This document shows, piece by piece, positions 62,116 to 64,000 of a stretch of DNA of 64,000 bases (positions are counted from its first letter, which is position 1; each line of letters starts with the position of its first letter). The notes under the pieces were generated by a model. That model was given only the letters and a program-made list of their open reading frames with translations. It made no database searches and was not told where the DNA came from. The DNA comes from Acidimicrobiia bacterium (GTDB lineage: Bacteria > Actinomycetota > Acidimicrobiia > Acidimicrobiales > JANYDT01), in contig JAYSSK010000069.1 in NCBI GenBank assembly GCA_043720595.1, positions 35,480 to 99,479 of the forward strand. The letters are read 5' to 3'. Position numbers and translations under genes: made by a program.

Positions 62116-63852
62116 TTATCTCTGGGGAAGGCGGGGGCCGGGGATTCGAAGGTCGCCGCGTCGGCGGGTGATGCCGTTGGCGTCGAACCAGCCGACGATC
62201 GGCAAGATGTATTTGCGGCTGGTGCCGAGCGCGTCTCGGATCTGCGCAACCGTGATGCCACCGGGGTTGTCGGCGAATAGATCGGCCGTCGTGCGCGCAG
62301 CTTGGTCAAGTGCAGCGGGCGCGAAGTGGATTCCGTCCGACACGATCACCAGCTTTCGACGTACCAGTTCCCTGAGTTCTGCGCGGTCCAAGCCGGTTGG
62401 CTCGGGCGGTTGGAACGGGGCAGCCGTCAGCGCCGCCACGTATGGGTGGTCGGCAAGAGGGTCGACAACTTCACCGTGTTTCACGCGGCCGTCTCGTAGT
62501 GAGATTCCTTCGTCGTACAAATCGGGAAGAACTCCCCGCTCGTGTTCGTCGAGCTGGGCCGGGTCGAGGCCAAGTGGACCGGCTTCATCAGTGCGTATGC
62601 GAATCGTGTCGAGGGCTTGCGCGTACGCGTTCTCGCTGACCGCCCAACGTTGGGCAACCACTCGGCCCACCCATGGGGTTGGCGAGAGCCTGATCAACTG
62701 ATCGAGCTCGACCCAACGTCGTTCCTGCACGAGGTGCTGAATCGACCCGTCGGGCACCGTGCCAGCAGCGGATCGTCGGGGGTCGACGTCGAGTACTTCG
62801 ATTCCACCGATGGTCTCTTCGCGTCCGTAGTCGCGCAGGATGGCACGATCACCTGGGAGGAGCGGCAGTTCCAACGGAAGATGGACTCGGATGAACCCGG
62901 AGGACCCACCAGGGATGCGACCGTTGCCCAGGACTCGGACGCGCACCGGGAATTCGCCGCTTCCGATGGCTAGGGCGAACGCACCGCGCCGAGACACCTC
63001 GTGATCCACTGCGCCCAGGACATCGAGGCGGGCGTCGAAGCGTGTGCAACGGTGCCACTGGGCCTGCCGGATGAGTGCGTCGCCGCGTTGTAGGTCTTCG
63101 TGTGACACCCCACCAAGGTTGAGTGCCACGCGGTTGCCGGGGCCGATACCGGGTTCCTTGGTCCCGTGGCTTTGAATGCTGCGGACACGAACGTGATGAA
63201 CGGCGCCGTGGCCGACGACGGCTAAGTCCTCATCGGCTGTGATGTGCCCGCCGGTCAGCGTGCCGGTGACAACGGTGCCGGAGCCCTTGGCCGCGAACAC
63301 ACGATCGACCCAAAGCCGTGGTCTGCCCCGATCGACAGCAGCCGGTGTACGTGCGACAAGGTTGTCGAGCGCCTCACGGAGTTCGTGAATTCCGACCCCC
63401 GCTGGGGCGTCAACTGGGACGATGCGTGCGCCCTGCAAGAACGTGCCGGCGACATGTTCCTCGACGTCCATCAACGCGAGCTCGCGCCACTCCATGTCGA
63501 CCAGCCCCACTTTCGTGAGCACGATCAGGCCATGGCGGATGCCGAGGAGGTCCAGGATTCGGAGGTGCTCCTCGCTTTGCGGTTTCCAGCCTTCGGTGGC
63601 AGCAACAACGAAGATGCAGGCGTCGATGGCCCCGACACCCGCAAGCATGTTCTTGAGGAACCGGACGTGGCCGGGCACGTCGATGAAAGACACGTCCGCG
63701 CCGCTCGGAAGCGTGGTGTGCGCAAACCCCAGATCGATAGTAAGCCCACGTTCTTTCTCTTCGCGCCACCGGTCGGGGTCCGTCCCGGTGAGCGCCTGGA
63801 TGAGCGTGGATTTGCCGTGATCGACATGCCCGGCCGTGGCGATGATGCGCAA
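62116..63852 (-). CDS. selB: Selenocysteine-specific translation elongation factor
   Basis: TTG start. RIIATAGHVDHGKSTLIQALTG, DVPGHVRF, LTKVGLV. The long winged-helix C-terminal extension and position directly downstream of selA support SelB. Confidence 0.85.
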   Translation of the reverse strand: MRIIATAGHVDHGKSTLIQALTGTDPDRWREEKERGLTIDLGFAHTTLPSGADVSFIDVPGHVRFLKNMLAGVGAIDACIFVVAATEGWKPQSEEHLRILDLLGIRHGLIVLTKVGLVDMEWRELALMDVEEHVAGTFLQGARIVPVDAPAGVGIHELREALDNLVARTPAAVDRGRPRLWVDRVFAAKGSGTVVTGTLTGGHITADEDLAVVGHGAVHHVRVRSIQSHGTKEPGIGPGNRVALNLGGVSHEDLQRGDALIRQAQWHRCTRFDARLDVLGAVDHEVSRRGAFALAIGSGEFPVRVRVLGNGRIPGGSSGFIRVHLPLELPLLPGDRAILRDYGREETIGGIEVLDVDPRRSAAGTVPDGSIQHLVQERRWVELDQLIRLSPTPWVGRVVAQRWAVSENAYAQALDTIRIRTDEAGPLGLDPAQLDEHERGVLPDLYDEGISLRDGRVKHGEVVDPLADHPYVAALTAAPFQPPEPTGLDRAELRELVRRKLVIVSDGIHFAPAALDQAARTTADLFADNPGGITVAQIRDALGTSRKYILPIVGWFDANGITRRRGDLRIPGPRLPQR

Positions 63853-63853
63853 C

Positions 63854-64000
63854 TCAGCCTGCCTGTGTGCTGACGTGCACGATGCTGCGAATGGCCTGGA
63901 TCAGCACGGCATCGTCGTCGGGGTGAACGGTGCGAAGGTCGATCAGGGTGCCAGAGGGAGCAGTTCTTGCGATGATCGGCGGCTTCCGATCTCGAAGTGC
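63854..64000 (-). CDS. selA: L-seryl-tRNA(Sec) selenium transferase, C-terminal 48 codons (5' end outside window)
   Basis: My translation of the minus strand: ALRDRKPPIIARTAPSGTLIDLRTVHPDDDAVLIQAIRSIVHVSTQAG*. The pattern resembles a SelA C-terminus, and it lies immediately upstream of selB. Confidence 0.6.
   Translation of the reverse strand, partial: ALRDRKPPIIARTAPSGTLIDLRTVHPDDDAVLIQAIRSIVHVSTQAG

Overview
By eye this is a high-GC, densely coding chromosomal segment, most likely Actinomycetota (WhiB regulator, AccE epsilon subunit, nested Ask alpha/beta architecture). I support about 64 CDS, one tRNA-Pro(CGG), a few terminator-like hairpins and several short repeat arrays. I see no rRNA, CRISPR, transposase or integrase. 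Layout: (1) 1-9.1 kb, a minus-strand polysaccharide cluster (two GT1 glycosyltransferases, a Wzz-like protein with a degenerate kinase-like domain, RfbF, an RmlC-like epimerase, a SAF-domain oxidoreductase, Ugd, a UXS-like SDR). (2) Ethylmalonyl-CoA/propionyl-CoA genes scattered over 9-32 kb (thiolase, Ccr, epimerase, PccB+AccE, Ecm/MeaA), interleaved with accessory genes: a DsbA/2-hydroxyacid-DH/membrane operon, a pentapeptide-repeat protein, two DUF4143 ATPases flanking trmB, a 5'-3' exonuclease and a YefM-YoeB toxin-antitoxin pair, and an AAA_16-like protein plus membrane protein pair. (3) 32-39.4 kb, housekeeping genes (rhodanese, YbaK, two cyclophilins, M23 peptidase, ask, asd, tRNA-Pro). 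(4) 39.6-43.7 kb, secreted proteins including a roughly 966-aa glycoside hydrolase with three C-terminal repeat domains. (5) 44.0-52.6 kb, the main find: a split-B lasso-peptide (RiPP) cluster with two HprK-like kinases, a nucleotidyltransferase, two LuxR regulators, an ABC exporter, an N-terminally truncated cyclase, and a 44-aa precursor ORF that in the ORF track is buried in the 3' end of a longer shadow ORF (leader YxxPxVx3Gx5Tx; core AASPKSFADQAIPAGQPLTSS). (6) 52.7-58.7 kb, response regulator, ArsA-like ATPase pair, NfeD, Tmk, membrane protein, WhiB. (7) 58.9-62 kb, a second small glycosylation module. (8) 62.1-64 kb, selB and the 3' end of selA. All homology calls rest on motif recognition in the translated ORFs; no database search was possible.
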